The notes beneath the pieces are model-generated. The model saw nothing but the letters and a program-made list of their open reading frames with translations, ran no database searches and was not told the DNA's origin. DNA of 51,555 nucleotides, the filler included, from Diploschistes diacapsis (taxonomy: Eukaryota), in the NCBI GenBank assembly GCA_023645945.1. It is 3 parts of 3 records of this genome, joined end to end, with 100 filler letters (N's around TTAATTAATTAA, not from the genome) between each part and the next. Parts side by side here need not be neighbours in the genome. Positions count along the whole stretch, not along the records: positions 1 to 17,131 come from JALAIB010000467.1; positions 17,232 to 34,346 come from JALAIB010000468.1; 1 more part is not named here. One strand, written 5' to 3'. Positions 12,590 through 24,873 of this stretch are shown piece after piece; positions within the stretch are counted from its first letter, which is position 1, and each line of letters starts with the position of its first letter. The position numbers and the translations under genes are program-made.

Positions 12590-14993
12590 GCTATTGCTCA
12601 AGGTGTGGCCGACTGATTGTCTTTACAAAGAGCATGCATATATGTAAGAAATAGGATAGTTCGGTTGACAGGTTGGAAAAGTGTCTCTATTCGAGCGGAA
12701 AAGCAGCTGTTACAGCTTGTCAAGGAGCAATTGAATTTCGGGTTGTCTGCTCTATGTTTCCCCCCAAAGAAACCAGTTTTCTCCTAACAATCTTTCCTCT
12801 ATTGCCGTATTGAACATCATGTGGGTGAATGTGGTACAATAGGCTGGGTTGGAGCTTCCTCGACAGCGCACAATAATAGATGCCCAACGTTGATGTTTGC
12901 CGGCAAGGGATGATGGATCTCACCTTACAGTCGCCCACGACATGCAAGCTACAGCTCAGTCTTTAACGAAGACGACTAACGCCACCTATGAGGTAGTAAG
13001 GCGGCCATGCCTCCTAATACATGTTCTTTAAATGCGAGCTCGGCTAACCTCAATATAGTGCACAGTGATTAGAAAACCATAGCCACCTTTTGAGTGGACT
13101 GGGTATGGCATCGTCTGCCCGAATTGAGATGAGGGTTTCCCATCACAACATGGGCTGGATTGTGCTTCATATTTCTTCAGTCTTCTTTGTTTGATCTTGT
13201 TGATCGGCCACATGGACACGTTGGAAATTCAGATTCCGTATCTATTTCCCTTTTAAAATCGACGGAGACTTCACGAGTTCTTGAAGATGCATTTCCCAAG
13301 AAAAATGCCCTTTGAAATGAGCCAAGCTATCGATGGCGTACATTTTGCACCGTCTCTTGTTTCAGCAAAGCTTCAGGCATTCCATTCGAGGATTCCATTG
13401 CGGGCTTGCTTATTCCTTCCGTTCAATAGGCGAAGAGAGAGAGAGACATATCACAGCATGTCGGATAGCTCTCTAGCAAGCGGACCAATATCTAAAGCTC
13501 TCTTCATAGAACTCGTGATCGCTCTTGTACTGCAGGATTGTGTTCACTCCGCACTTCAAACTCTACTGCACCGGTCTGCTTCCTTGTACTAGGCAGTCCG
13601 GGTCAAGATGTCCGCCTAATTCATGGCCACCTTTGCATCTTCTCCTGTTCGTTGTATCCGTCATGCCAGGTCGATTAGATCTCCACGCCCACTATCCAAT
13701 GCTATACGAGGGTAGTCACTCAAACATCGCTATCAACCATACAAGGGCCTTATGGCCCCTACGAGAGATATGGAGCCCGTTATGCCAGTGACTGGTAACA
13801 TCTACCCCTTCCAGCGCAAAGATAGCAACGACCGACAGCCCGTCCCCAAAGCGAAGCTCCATGCCACACTTAAACCATGATATAAGAATGGCTGGCTTTA
13901 ACGGTACGCTCGAGACGCAGCCGCAAGTATTTGTCGTAGCGGCAAGGTACCGCCCAAAGAACCTTCTCTCCAGCTGCCAACCAAGGCCCGGCCACGCGCA
14001 ACAGCAACACAGCTTGCGAGCGTCGCCACCTAAATAAGCTCGGGCGTTCCCCAACGTATCTCCTGTGTCGTGAACTCTATTCAAGGAGGGGTCTAACTCG
14101 CGACCCATATGCAGAGCCAGACTCCAATGTCCACGAGCTATTCATTTTACCCTCGAGATGCTTACGATAGTTGGGCTTTGACTGGCTCGATCTCCACGCC
14201 CAGAGAAACCGCGGGCGCCGGGACCCCGAGCATTCTGTCGAGGGCTAAAGCAAGGATCGCCCAGTGGTGGCGAGGGAGTCCCTCACGGCGACGGAAAGTT
14301 TTCGCCTGAGACACGAAACCCAGGATGGCAAGCTAGCCACGCTAACGAAGAAGAAGAAGAAGAAGCGTATGTGCATAAGTTTGGCTATGATCGCGGTACC
14401 GATAAGCAGCCGGCTACCGATGCTTCCAGAGGAGGAGGAAGCTGCACTTCTATCCTGTTCCATATCAGGATGGCGGGGTGCGATATAGGGGGCGGCGGCA
14501 GAGGCAGATATAGAGGCGTTCCACGAAGAGCTGTACACATGCGATGTGGAACTTTGAGAATCTCTAGGAGTAGGTGGCGGTATCTTGGGGAGGATGAAGC
14601 AGGATGACCTGCTGTGTGGTTGAGGAGCGGCAGGTGTTCGCGGGTTTGTATCGAGAAGAGAAGTAGCACAACAGGCTCCATACAACGATGGCACTCAAAT
14701 TACGAAGAGAAAGCTGCTATGAAGTAATAAGTAGATATGAAGCATTTCCACGAGTCATATCAAATAAAGCTAGATTTTGGTAATTCAAGCAAGCATGCAA
14801 ATATAAGGCAAAAAAAAAAAGCTAATGGCATCTTAGTACAAGCGCAGAGGCTGGCGTACATGAATGATGCATAGCACCGCTACCATTATCATTGAACTGA
14901 TTCAGGCCGCTTCCTCTCTTCGTGTGAACACACCGTCTCCACTTCAGAGGTCCCATGGCCTGATGAGTAGCCAAGGGAACTTGCCGCGCTGAA

Positions 14994-15618
14994 TCATTGC
15001 GAGAATTTGAACCCCTGATATTTCCATATACTCGTGAATTTTATCGCTACCCCTGACGTGTCTTTCCAGCGACAAGACCTTGCGTCCATTTGGTTCCAAA
15101 GCGCATTGGCTCTTTCTAGATTTGCCCCATAATCTCCTTGATGCGCAAACGGCCCAGTCTTATGAAGTACGGGGTTGAAAAAGCGTTGGTCCTCAACCTT
15201 GTCCGGCATCAGTCTACTAGGCGGTACACCTGGAGAAACAATAGAACAGTGCTCGTCTCTTTCATGATTGCAGTAATCGTAGTTGTGGCATCTCTTTTGA
15301 TCCAGGTCATTCATCCTGTAGCGAGGAGCGCGCCGGCACCTTCCGCGATTATCTTGATATACAGCTGTCCAACCGCAGAACCATTGCTGCGTTTTAGGAT
15401 TCTCGCGGTGTTTTGAAAACCATTCAATGTAAGGAAGTACCTTTTTCCATTGTTCTTCCTCTTGTGATCTGGTTTCAAACTCGCCTGACTTATCCTTGAG
15501 ATACACAAGGCTAGTGCCAGATTGAACCGGCCGCTTGCGTAGCCAGCCGTTCTGGCCCGGATTTGGTTATTGTGATGACACGGCATGAACTCGATCATTA
15601 TGGCTTGTGATCGTCAGC
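14994..15618 (-). CDS. Hypothetical protein or gene relic (Trp/Cys-rich, 170+ aa)
   Basis: 170-aa ORF with protein-like content (VLPYIEWF, QWFCGWTAVYQDNRGRC). The frame extends upstream through a single TAA at 15567-15569 to a possible TAG acceptor near 15619. No family recognised. Confidence 0.35.
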
Positions 15619-17131
15619 CTATGAGGTTGATAGCTTGAAGGATCGTAGATGATTCTCATAAAAGGGCATAGACATACAGTCTTTAAGATTGGAAATAGTG
15701 TCCTTAGTTACTAGTTGATTGCTAGCAAGTAAGACACAATAAGTTGATGAAGCTTAATGACACAAAGTGCAAAGAATTGTTTGCATGAGGAGCATGTAGA
15801 AAAAAGGAAGAACTGGGGAATAATGACGCCTAAATATTCGAACTGACTCATGATGGAGCGTCTTGTATGAGTTGATACTCCTCTGTAAAAGCCAATAGAA
15901 TGACCAAAGAACAAGAGCAATATCTTAATGAGAACCGTCATCAGTACGACTCAAGGCCGGAGAACTGAACTCGGAACACATACCAAACTGATAACGCAGA
16001 CTTGCGACTCAGAGGATAGAGCCAAACAAATCCTTGTCCAGCGGGTTAGTTGAAATAGGGACGCAAGAGCGTGACTCCCGTCAGACCATACTTTTTCCAA
16101 GCCTTTCCATGATAAGCAGAAACATACACAGGCATAATCAAATCGTAGCCCAGAAAAAGGGGGACAAATCCAGGCAATATCTTGCTGCTGTGCATCGCAA
16201 TAGCGGGTATTTGATAAGACCACTTGAGTGCGGAACAAGCATCGATAAACGGATCCAAAAGTAGGAGGTGTAGGTAAGAGAACACGCCTGGCTAACTCGA
16301 ACATCGACGTTCAGTAACTATGTGGAAATTAATGGATATGCAAGGTAAGGAAAGCTTTCTGAATATCATTTTCGCATCTTCGCCCTATTGACATATCTAG
16401 CCACGGTGAAGGGCTTATTTCATAAACATATTCAGTATAGCAAAGTCATGTGAAACCTCGTCTGATATATGATCCCAAGGCAACTTCGATCGAACAGAAG
16501 CAAACGTAGCTCAGGCCATCCTTTTTGTGACATCTTGAAGATAGAATCGCCTGACAACTGAGCTTTGGCGCTAACCATCGTTAATCAGTGGGCCGATTGA
16601 ATTGACTGAACCTGACTAGAAGTCCCATGATGTTGGGGTCTGGCAGATAGGTTTGATATTGCGATTCTGTGAAGTCTTCTTATAAGGTAAGCATAGATCT
16701 CGGGATTGGGATTTTCCGGTTCCCGAACTCCGATCCCTGTGAGATGCGAGATCGACGACGTCAGAGGGGAGCTCCTATTGTGACAGTTTGGCTGATGCCT
16801 ACCAGCCAGCTCTTAAGAAAAGGATATATGTATCCTTAATTGCTCGAACTCTCTCTCAAGCTGCGGCATGAAGCTGAGCCCTTCTTCTTCTTCTTCCCAA
16901 CGTTCCCTCTGCTCTCGTACCCATTGAAGAGTACAAGCTCCATCTCCGCCGTCCAATCTCCTGTTCCTCGGGCGATTTTGATACTCCCCGCAACCGCAAT
17001 TTCACACCCACGACCCACACCCACAAGCCCTTCCACCTTTTCAAACACCCCCCCCAATACGCCCTCTCAATCCCGCTCAAAAGCCATCCCAGAGAGACTC
17101 CCAACATGTCCGCCTTCGCCCGCCTCCTCCC

Positions 17132-17231
17132 NNNNNNNNNNNNNNNNNNNNNNNNNNNNNNNNNNNNNNNNNNNNTTAATTAATTAANNNNNNNNNNNNN
17201 NNNNNNNNNNNNNNNNNNNNNNNNNNNNNNN
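17132..17231. other. Artificial contig-joining linker
   Basis: Exactly 44 N + TTAATTAATTAA (stops in all six frames) + 44 N = 100 bp; identical to 34347-34446. Confidence 0.97.
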
Positions 17232-18202
17232 GGTGTAGATGGTCGGTACGATGGAGAGGTAGTATTGGAAACGGTTGAAGCGATCGGAGGTGCGGGCGAG
17301 GGTGTGGTCGAGGGGGTTGAGAAGGGAGGGGTAGAGGGGACCGAAGGAGAGCTCGGAGATGAGGTGGGTGAAGTTGAACGCTTTCCGACGAGTTAGCAGT
17401 TGCACCGCCGATACTTTGAGAGGCAGGACTTTGGGGAAATCGTACCCTGATGGCTCAAATGCTCTCCAAACTCCATATACCCATGCCCCCTGGCCGTAAT
17501 GTGGAAGTCCCCTTGCACTTTATTACCTTCCAAGCTCCCATATATCCGGCAGCTATCCGGCGCCATCCCCCTCTTCATTTTCGGCGACTTTGGAAACCTC
17601 CGCTTCGTTTTTCTCACCTCCCCCAGCACATGCCCCACGTGTGTGTCCTCCGCCTCCGTCCGCTCCCTGCTGTTCCTATCCCGCTTGTTGCTCTGGTGGT
17701 GTATCCGTGCGGGATTCACCCACAGGTTCCAAATCGTCGGCTCACGCGTCAGCATATCGCCCGCCAGAATCCGGTCGCCAGAGGCATCTTGCACATTGAC
17801 GTGGAGGTCGGCGCATTGCATGGAAACGACGATGTCGAGGTTTATTTGCAAGGTGTGTGAGATGCCCTTTTCGACGGAGAACTGCTGAGTTTCCGCGCCC
17901 CTGTACCAGAGACGAAACTCGGAGACGGCGAGGAGGCAGGAGAGGCCGATCAGAATGATGGTCGCATAGCCGCCACCGGTCGTGCGCCGGGTGAAGGTAG
18001 GTTTTGTTTTGGCTGCGCATAACGGTTAGCTGTAGCATTGGGAGCTTTGATGAACCATTGCTGCATTGCAGAGAAACTATGGAGAACTAATGGGCGTTCT
18101 ATGGATCAAGCACTTACGGAAAGCATCAAAACTGCGAAACCCCCCAGAGGGTTTCTCGCCAAAGGCGGACTCATCAAGTCCTTGTGTAGCAAAGCCGTTC
18201 AT
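17232..18202 (-). CDS. ERV41: ER-derived COPII vesicle protein Erv41 (ERGIC2-like), 3' end lost at the gap
   Basis: MNGFATQGLDESAFGEK..FRSFDAFP|KTKPTF, a TM helix, LQINLDIVVSMQCADLHVNVQDASGDRILAG, SCRIYGSLEGNKVQGDFHITARGHGY, FNFTHLISELSFGPLYPSLLNPLD, FQYYLSIVPTIY. Introns 18117-18013 and ~17445-17381. Confidence 0.93.
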
Positions 18203-18671
18203 GGCGCTGAGTTACCACGAATCCAGTCGGCTAATTGTTGGGGACATTGGAAACTATCGGTCGAGTGCTTGAAGCCCTATACAGAAAAGATGACAAGTAT
18301 CTGAACTTGGGGCCAAATCTGGCCTTACAGGGTATCTTTCTTTTCATGTTGCGCCGCATCGCTGGGACGCTGTGCCTGGGAACTGTGGCTAGTCCCACAG
18401 AAGGCTTAGCGGTGATTCCCCAACAACTCCTGGGCACGTGCACTGACTGCACCCATGCACTTTTCTTTTTTCTTATCCCCTAACGTGCCTGCGCCGACTT
18501 TCCCGTTTTGGCCCTGCCCTTCTTACAGCAGTACAGTAGACAGCCCTTGTTGTACAAAAATTTAGCAAGGCAAACTATGGTGTTGAACTATATGCTTACT
18601 CGAGCGCAACAGGCTATTGCGACTACATTTGAGCGTTATATACAGGATTTGAAGCCATTTTCTAAGCCAAA

Positions 18672-20878
18672 CTACAAGTGGTCCAAATATTCGGGTCCAG
18701 ACCTCCACCAAACAAGTGCTTCTGTCCAGAGAGCCGGGTAGTCGTCAACTGAAGCTCTATAAGAACCGATACCGCCTGGGGACTTTGCGTAGCCGTCAGC
18801 CGTGTTTTGCCTCTTACCGGATACCTTGTATTCTCCCCAAAAGTTATTGTCCGCTTCTGCTCTTTCTTGATTTGAGTGATAGCAGGCTGAGGCTACAGCT
18901 AGGCTTGCTTCTCCTATTTGAACTTTCATCTTTGGCCCGTAATCCATACTTGGGTCGAAACTCATCAGGACTATTGGCGAGTTCTTACTCGTGCAAGAAC
19001 CGAAAACGACACAGCGCTCATCAGCCACAGCACGGAAGGAGGTTAGCGTGCGTGGCTGCAGTAAGCGCTGCAGTTCTACGGGGCACGTGGATGATTGTTG
19101 AGGCCAGAGCTTGATCTCAGACCCATCTTGTCCGGTTCGTAGGTGAAGATTGACGCTATTCTCCGTGGCAGAATCGCAAGCCTCGGGATCGTTGACGATC
19201 TCGAGAAACGTACCTGTTGCGGTGTCGTACGTACGAAATGGGGTATTTGCAAGCGAAAAGGTCTTGGTTTGATGGGATAAGAGTGGAGAAGGGCCCGCTT
19301 GAGCTGGGGCGACTTGGTACTCGCAATGACAGAAGCGTTGCGAATGAGCCCAAGGAGCAAGCAGGTGATCTGGCAGTACTTTGAGGATAGTGCCAACATG
19401 TTCCGTTTCGTCATCTGATAGGTCACCATCGTCCTTGGTTTGGTTCAAGTTTTCCCTTATGATCTCTACCTCTAGGGCTTGGTCTTCGGCAACAAAAGTG
19501 TACTCCGCTGAACTTTCAACTTCGAAACTCATCGTATAGAAAGAGCGCAGCGCACTTTCGTGTAGTCGCGCTAGCCATTCTTTCCTTGATTCCGCGATTA
19601 TGTATTGTCCTCTTTCATCCCTACATAGTGAGAGATTTGTCCAGTGGTCGTGGATGGGTCCTTCATTCTGCCTCCGCCTGTGAAATCGCCAGTATCTTGG
19701 ATTGCCCCCAGGCTTGTCAAGCGTAAAACGATAACCACCGTAGTAATTTACAGGGTCAAGTCCTTCCGGATTAGGTGTGATATCGCTGGTCATTACCCAG
19801 AAGTAGTTGTCAATAATCTCCAGGATGACTGTGACACCAATCTCTGTCCTTGACTCGAAAGATGGCACTTTGCAGAACCACTTCAATTTCGGATGTGAGG
19901 AACTTGAATCATGAAGGCTCAAAGTATAGAAATCCCAGTCGCGACTGCCATTTGGCTCATCTTCCCGTTTGCCTACAAGTAAATATTTGGAGTTGTTTCT
20001 AAAAATCATTTCCTTCCCATAAGGCATACTCAAAGTCGCCAGAACCCTTTGCTGCTTAGACACCCCTGCTTTGGTACTTAAAACCATGATTTTTCGGGTT
20101 TGCTGTACCGAGACGCTGATTATGAGTACATCCTCTTGGAAGTGTAAAAGTTTTATACGAGCCTGAGAGCCCATTTTCTGGGTCCATGGGCGTAGTATGA
20201 CCTGGAAGTTGAATACCACCTCCTTTTCACGAACATCATGGATATGCAGAACGTGCACGAGACCGCCGCGCAGGTAGCAGAGGACACCATTTGCGTAAAG
20301 AAAATCAGTCCCACAGCCGATTGCAACGACACAATAAGGGCTTCCGCTTGATAACGCTCGTCGCCTTAAGTGAATATTCGCAATAGCCTTTTGATAAGTC
20401 AATTGCCCTTGCCGGGCAAGTCTTGCTTCCCTTGAATTGGGAATGGCTCTCTGTTATTCAATTAGCCAATGTTCCCCCCACTCTCTCTACGAACCGATCT
20501 GTGAGACTGTGGTTACGCCCAGGTCCAGAACGATCGATCGGCGAGTGTGCAGATGAATACAAGATCTCATAGCGAGTATCAAGGGCAGCAAACGGCAGCC
20601 GAGGATGCGGACCGATCAATGGTCATGCTGGGAGCCATCCGCACTTGGAAAACGTGCAGCAAAGCCGAAAACATCCCAGTATTGGTGTGTACAATTGCGG
20701 ACGGGTCAATCATTTGTTTCTCACTTACCTCAATAACATCCCGGCAGTACCTCCCATTCCCAAGCAACTGCAGACACAATTCACGGCTTGAAAGAGCAAA
20801 CGCAGCGAAGTCTGATATGTCGAGATAAGAAGCAATTGTTCTCAGAAGTTCCAACGAAAGAGATAAGACATGAAGCAT
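18672..20878 (-). CDS. F-box domain protein (2 exons)
   Basis: Exon 1 VLSLSLELLRTIASYLDISDFAAFALSSREL is an F-box signature. Intron 20728-20451 (GTAAGT..GCTAAT..CAG) joins it in frame to the 576-aa ORF, which contains RRRQNEGPIHDHWTNLSL and DERCVVF motifs typical of a Pezizomycotina F-box family. Confidence 0.85.
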
Positions 20879-22876
20879 ATCTCACCCCCAGGGACCAAGT
20901 ACACAAAATAAGGCAAGCATGCAAAGAGAATGACCGACATTGGTTAGAGCAGGTAACAACAGGGAAACGCTGCGGATGCCAGGTCCATAGGCCAGAATGA
21001 GAGGATGAGGCAACATGTTAAGTAGGCAGTCAGGCAAAGAGCCGCATTGAGCCCAAGTATAGGACAACAAGTACGTAACGAGTTGTGCGGCCTCTCGTCA
21101 GGCATACCAAGTAGAATGGTGCTGACAGCCCTTACCCAGGCTGTGTAGATCAGCTTCCCGTAGAAGCATGCTGTGTTCACTGTTGCCACACAAAGGAAAC
21201 TGAGGCATATGACCGTTCGCTTCACAGGTTAGGTTGAGGCTCTGCGGAACAGTCTTCGAGAGATAATCTCAAAGTAGTCCGAGCATCTAGGCGAGCGGCG
21301 TGAGCTAAATCTAATAGCGTCGGAGGCTTTACCAGGTCCAGGCAGTGTCACCGTGTTTGTCTGCTGTACGGGGAGGTAAATGAAAAAAATGTAACCCGTT
21401 TCTATCAAATTTGCCTTTTTTGCGGCTCTATGAAGAGCCAGTCACGTGAAACATAGTCTTTTCTTGATGCATTTTCACACCCAATTTTAGCAGAACCTCA
21501 ACGCAACCCGGATATTTCATTACATCAAGAAGCAGCCAAAAGTTATTTTCAGTTGACACCCGGTGTTCAGTTTCCAAAAGGAGGTTCTCTGAGCTACCCT
21601 GTAATCCCACAAGGCATTGGCCAGCCTTGTGCTGGGAAAAGTGGTAGCATTCACACCCTGATCATGATGATATCCATCCTGCATTTGGGCTATCACCTTA
21701 GTAGATTGGTAATCTGATCACTTATCGAATTAGACCACTGTTGCCCATGGAGTGCGCGTTGATATCTATGCCAACATCAACCTTGCTGCAGCACAGCCAT
21801 GCGCTTTGACAGTCTTCACGGCGACGTGATTATTGGAAAGAAGCTACGCCCGTCTGCAATGGGGAAAAGGCACCGTGGGCGGCATCATCAACGCCCGATT
21901 AACAAGGCTGCCAAATGTGCCTTAGGATAGGTGGCTCTTACGCTCTGAGTCGCAGATCATCCCCCCCAAGCTATCAATGGCCTTGTGTGTTCACTACTGG
22001 GAGGGCTGTCCGTAGACCCCGACTGATAAACTGATTAGGATAGCACACATACAGATCACGCCGGAGGAATGCTTCATGAATGCAATTAGCATCTCAATTA
22101 GCAAGGTAGCCAAATTGGGATACAGGGCAACCATGAGGCAATAGTGTCCTTTGACATGAAATTCGCTGCTCTCTAGAGAAAGACCTGCGAGCTTAGCCTT
22201 GCGTGGCATCGACTAAGCGCGATGAGCTCAAGGCTTGGATGTCGGACCGATACGAGACGCACGCTTGCTTGCGTAGACTTATGCGATCAGCTCCGGGCCA
22301 CAGTGCTAATGCAAGGCATACGCTCGTGGCTAGCATGATTAGGGCGGGGTTTCTTGTCGAGAGTGCTATCAAGCAAAGCGATGAAGTCTTCCTGTGAACT
22401 AGCGTCCCTTTTAACATTGAAGCGCTCGTACTATAATTGGAACAAACATCCCTCTCTGTCTCTTTTGAAGACACCCGGCAACCCGGACGTTTATTTGAAC
22501 AGCAGGAAACATCATCGCAGGACAGGAAAAAGCGACTTGAATGTTCACTTCGGGCGGAGGGCAAGATATCACCATCTGACAATGGTGGGGAAAGAGTATA
22601 TTTTGCGAGTAGTTCAAATTTCCAGTCCTTCGATACCGATGCAATGCCCTCAAACGCCAGGCTAATATCCCATCGAAAATCAAAGTTTCTTGTACAACCG
22701 GGGAGAAAAGGCGTGGAAAGACACAACAGAAGCTTTCGGACCACGATCAGCCAGTATTTTCTGTATCGGTAATAGAATCATGGTGCAAGGAGGAAAGCGT
22801 GCATAAAGGCACCCGTATGCATGCATGTAGCCACCTTCTAGGGAAGACCGCAGCACTGTACTTCTCCACCTCTTAA

Positions 22877-23236
22877 TCATAGTCCCACGTCACCCAAATC
22901 TCTCACAAGCACCGCCATCTGGGCTCTTTTTGCTGCCTCTGCCACCAAGTTAAACTCTTTCCTGAATGGCGATGACGGATCATTAGACTGCAGACGTGAT
23001 TCCTCATTGGCCTGTGCTGGTTGCTGCTGAAAGGTGGCGAGACCTGCTGAAGATTGTTGTTGCGTGGATGAGGCTTGGGACTGAGAGGACTGTTGAGCCT
23101 GCATTTGCTGCTGTTGCTGCTGGTGGAACGTATGCTGGGGTCCTGAGCGAGGCGGCGGGAAAAAGAAGTGCCGAGGACTAGTCGCTGTGGGTGAGGGGAG
23201 AGGTGCGCTGTCATAGCCGGCTCTTTGAGACGCCAT
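22877..23236 (-). CDS. Small conserved fungal Gln/Ser/Pro-rich protein of unknown function (119 aa)
   Basis: ATG-to-TGA single exon with low-complexity Q/S core and C-terminal PFRKEFNLVAEAAKRAQMAVLVRDL motif that I recognise from Pezizomycotina hypothetical proteins. Confidence 0.8.
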   Translation of the reverse strand: MASQRAGYDSAPLPSPTATSPRHFFFPPPRSGPQHTFHQQQQQQMQAQQSSQSQASSTQQQSSAGLATFQQQPAQANEESRLQSNDPSSPFRKEFNLVAEAAKRAQMAVLVRDLGDVGL

Positions 23237-24029
23237 GTTGAGAATGCGGAGCTTTGTTGTGCGAGGCTAGGACTAAGGATTGCGTATTGATAGTCAGTTA
23301 GCAAATAAGGCGAACCTCTGATGGTTGGTTCTCGTGAACGTCGTTGGGTCAAGTATCCAGGCTGTAAAGAGGGTGAATCTTGGAGGTAGGTTCAGACAAA
23401 AGCCCTTCCGGTGTAGCGCGACCTTGGCTTCGCGACAAGGAGCAACCAAAGGAAATGGGAATAATCAATATTTGCTTCTACTCTTCACAAGAAGTTCTCG
23501 GCACAAAGCACGTGCCATTCTTTTCCAACCCACATCAAGATTTGCATCTCCCCCAATCATCCCTGGGCGGTCTGTTCTGCAGCGCCGACTGGACGGCCAA
23601 GTCCGGAGGGATGGAAAATTTCGCCCCCCAAAAGCTCCCAATACCTCAGTATCCTACAGGCAATGCCTGTTCAGATCTTCAACTCTTCTTCATTCTATGT
23701 TCTCCCTGGAGCAACAGGAGTGGCCTGACCGCAAAGGCTCTGAAACCCGGAGGAGCCTCCTATTCAAGGCCTGAAATGGATAGCCAAATCCGTTGACAAC
23801 GCTTAAGGAGCTCTTCAGGAGTTGAGCTATGTAGGCTCTCTTTCCTTCCAACTCTATAAGACTGTGCACTGAAGCCACTATACTGCGTTCTCTCAGATTA
23901 CTTCCTTAATCTGGTCCTGCGGCGTATTCTTCCGAGCTGGTCGCGACTCTCAAGGTAGCCTTTGTCCCCTTAATTCCATCATTCCATTTCGTTCTCGGCA
24001 GCATCAGGAACTACTTTCTAGCCTCAGCC

Positions 24030-24597
24030 ATGTACTCCTCAAACCTCTCCCTAGCCCTCTCCCTTCTCTCCCTCCTTTCATTTTCGACCGCCCTCCCCGC
24101 CTCAGCCTCAGCCTCCTCCCTTCCCACCATCCTCGCCGCCACAACCCAGACCTGCTCCATCTACGGCTCCGGCCTCTCCAACTGCTTCGAGGGCCCCGGC
24201 GAATCCTTCACGGCAGCCGCCACCGTCCACGGCGGACACATCTACACCTGCTCGTGCCAAGCGAGCGGCGAGAACACCCAACGGCAACTCGTAAGCTTCC
24301 TCATTCAAGAAAGCAAGAAAAGGAAGCCGCCATCATGGACGGTGTCGGACGGGAACAGGCCGAGGCCATGGAGGGGAGAAAAGAAAATGAGCGGCTGACT
24401 CCGGTTTTCTTCGGGATATTGGGACTTTATCCCCGCCAGCTCGATACCCGGCGGCGTGTGCTAATGGCAACCGGTACTACACCACGGCGCGCCGTATGGG
24501 AACTTGTGAGTTGTTGCCCCCAATCCCATTTGTATGCTATGTGAGGGGTGGGGTGCTGATGCAGTGTTTGCACTTGGCGACTTTGCCGCAATGTTGA
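24030..24597 (+). CDS. Small secreted cysteine-containing protein (3 exons; possibly degraded)
   Basis: Clear signal peptide MYSSNLSLALSLLSLLSFSTA-LP; four Cys in exon 1; donors GTAAGC 24291 and GTGAGT 24506; ends TLPQC* at 24597. Frame and acceptors of exon 2 are ambiguous. Confidence 0.65.
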
Positions 24598-24873
24598 CGA
24601 GGGTGTGGAGTGCTCTGGCTATAGTTTCTGCGCGAAGTTATGCGAGAAATCGACTGTCACTAGCTTCACACAATGGACGAATTCAAAAGAAAAAATTTGT
24701 CGACATGGAGTAAGTTGTACGGTATAGATGGTAAGGGGCTTCGGGGAATCGATAGTGTACAGACGGCTAAAGGGTACTGGAGAACTCAGGAACTTATGTA
24801 GACGTCGTCTGGACCATGAAATCCTCATTTATACCAAATACAATCCATTATCTCGCTACATATCCAAAACACA

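Noticed and set aside
17176..17187. TTAATTAATTAA palindrome repeated at 34391-34402 as a biological repeat or recombination site
   Set aside because: Centred in exactly 44 N on each side at both sites; a synthetic six-frame-stop spacer.
22193..22772. Overlapping 183-aa minus ORF and a + frame interrupted by two stops
   Set aside because: No ATG-led model, recognisable motif or clear splice signals; probably intergenic or 3' UTR sequence.
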